A DNA stretch of 60,666 nucleotides, the filler included. It is 8 parts of 8 records of this genome, joined end to end, with 100 filler letters (N's around TTAATTAATTAA, not from the genome) between each part and the next. Parts side by side here need not be neighbours in the genome. Positions count along the whole stretch, not along the records: positions 58,152 to 60,666 come from SRR33789315_128; 7 more parts are not named here. One strand, given 5' to 3'. The translations under genes were made by a program, and so were the position numbers. Under the pieces are notes generated by a model. That model searched no databases and was not told the DNA's origin. It saw nothing but the letters and a program-made list of their open reading frames with translations. Positions 59,908 through 60,666 of the stretch are shown here, piece after piece; the stretch's first letter is position 1; the number at the start of each line of letters is the position of its first letter.

Positions 59908-60666
59908 CTAGGCATCTATTATTCTTTTTACCAATACTTCATATGAATTCGATTGGGCAAACTTCATATTTTGAATTAAGAGTTTAGGTGAATCGGATAA
60001 TAAATCCTGAAATATCTTTAAGTGAGACTCATTATTTCCATAACAAATACTAATATCTGCAGACCTTAAATTTTTAGAATTTAAGGGACTGGACACTATG
60101 GGTTTTCCTAATGAAAGATACTCCATTAACTTGTGCGTATTTTCGAGTGAATAATTCCCTTTACTTTCGTAACAAATCCAAAACGCATCATTATCACTCA
60201 ATTTATGGGCCAACTCATGAGTATCTAATTTCCCCCACAATTTCACATTGTCCATTGATTTAAGCCGATTAATAAAAAGGGTATCTTGCTCGTTTAATGG
60301 ACTATAGTTACCGTATAAGTTAAAAACCACAATATCTTTCAACCCTTCTATAGTTTTTATGAAGTTCACCCTATCTAAGAACGGTATACACAAGTTACCT
60401 GAATATGCCACCTCAAACTTATCACTTTTCTTAGCCCTAATCTTTTGTGTATCACTTAATAATTCTTGAGATTTTTTTAGAAAGTTTGAAGACAAACCAT
60501 GATGAATAAAATTCATCTTAATACCTTCTTTCGCAAATTGATCAATAATGTTTTCTGAAACTGAAAAAAATTTATGGCATCCTCTTGTTGAAACTTTAAT
60601 AGTTCTATCAAAATCAACAGGAAAGAAAATTTTGGTTTCGGCTTTAAAACACTCCAAAGTGGTAAG
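59908..60666 (-). CDS. Glycosyltransferase (GT4-like), 5' end cut by window edge
   Basis: HHGL, YSGNL, HKLMEYLSLGKPIVS. Confidence 0.8.
   Translation of the reverse strand, partial: LTTLECFKAETKIFFPVDFDRTIKVSTRGCHKFFSVSENIIDQFAKEGIKMNFIHHGLSSNFLKKSQELLSDTQKIRAKKSDKFEVAYSGNLCIPFLDRVNFIKTIEGLKDIVVFNLYGNYSPLNEQDTLFINRLKSMDNVKLWGKLDTHELAHKLSDNDAFWICYESKGNYSLENTHKLMEYLSLGKPIVSSPLNSKNLRSADISICYGNNESHLKIFQDLLSDSPKLLIQNMKFAQSNSYEVLVKRIIDA

Overview
The window is not one continuous locus. It is eight contigs joined by seven artificial 100-nt linkers (N44-TTAATTAATTAA-N44). Contigs 1 (1-2851), 4 (17675-20170) and 8 (58152-60666) look Bacteroidota-like. Contig 1 has a 5S rRNA end, a 2-hydroxyacid dehydrogenase, recX and TetR-TolC. 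Contig 4 has a CX4CH/beta-propeller lipoprotein and folB. Contig 8 has glycosyltransferases. Contigs 2, 3, 5, 6 and 7 look like marine Alteromonadales. Contig 2 has a TonB-dependent receptor, a wHTH/TolB-like regulator, an M16 peptidase and an ars region with frameshifted acr3. Contig 3 has smc. Contig 5 is an exopolysaccharide locus bracketed by an HprK-related kinase, a nucleotidyltransferase, a truncated four-helix-bundle gene, GTAG REPs and 10-bp periodic repeat tracts. Contig 6 has atpD-atpC with a parS-like site, a NarX-like orphan kinase and an Atl gene. Contig 7 is a regulator-rich accessory region: WYL-VOC, GGDEF, YtrA-like GntR, a TetR/acyl-CoA ligase/esterase/AraC/TBDR/amidohydrolase cluster, a GGDEF pseudogene and a LysR module. 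The most interesting signals are the decamer repeat/REP/four-helix-bundle architecture and kinase/nucleotidyltransferase pair around the EPS locus, a PafBC-like promoter embedded in the end of the WYL gene, and the putative acyl-ester/amide uptake-catabolism cluster with a visible AraC-type direct repeat. All annotations come from reading motifs by eye; no searches were run.
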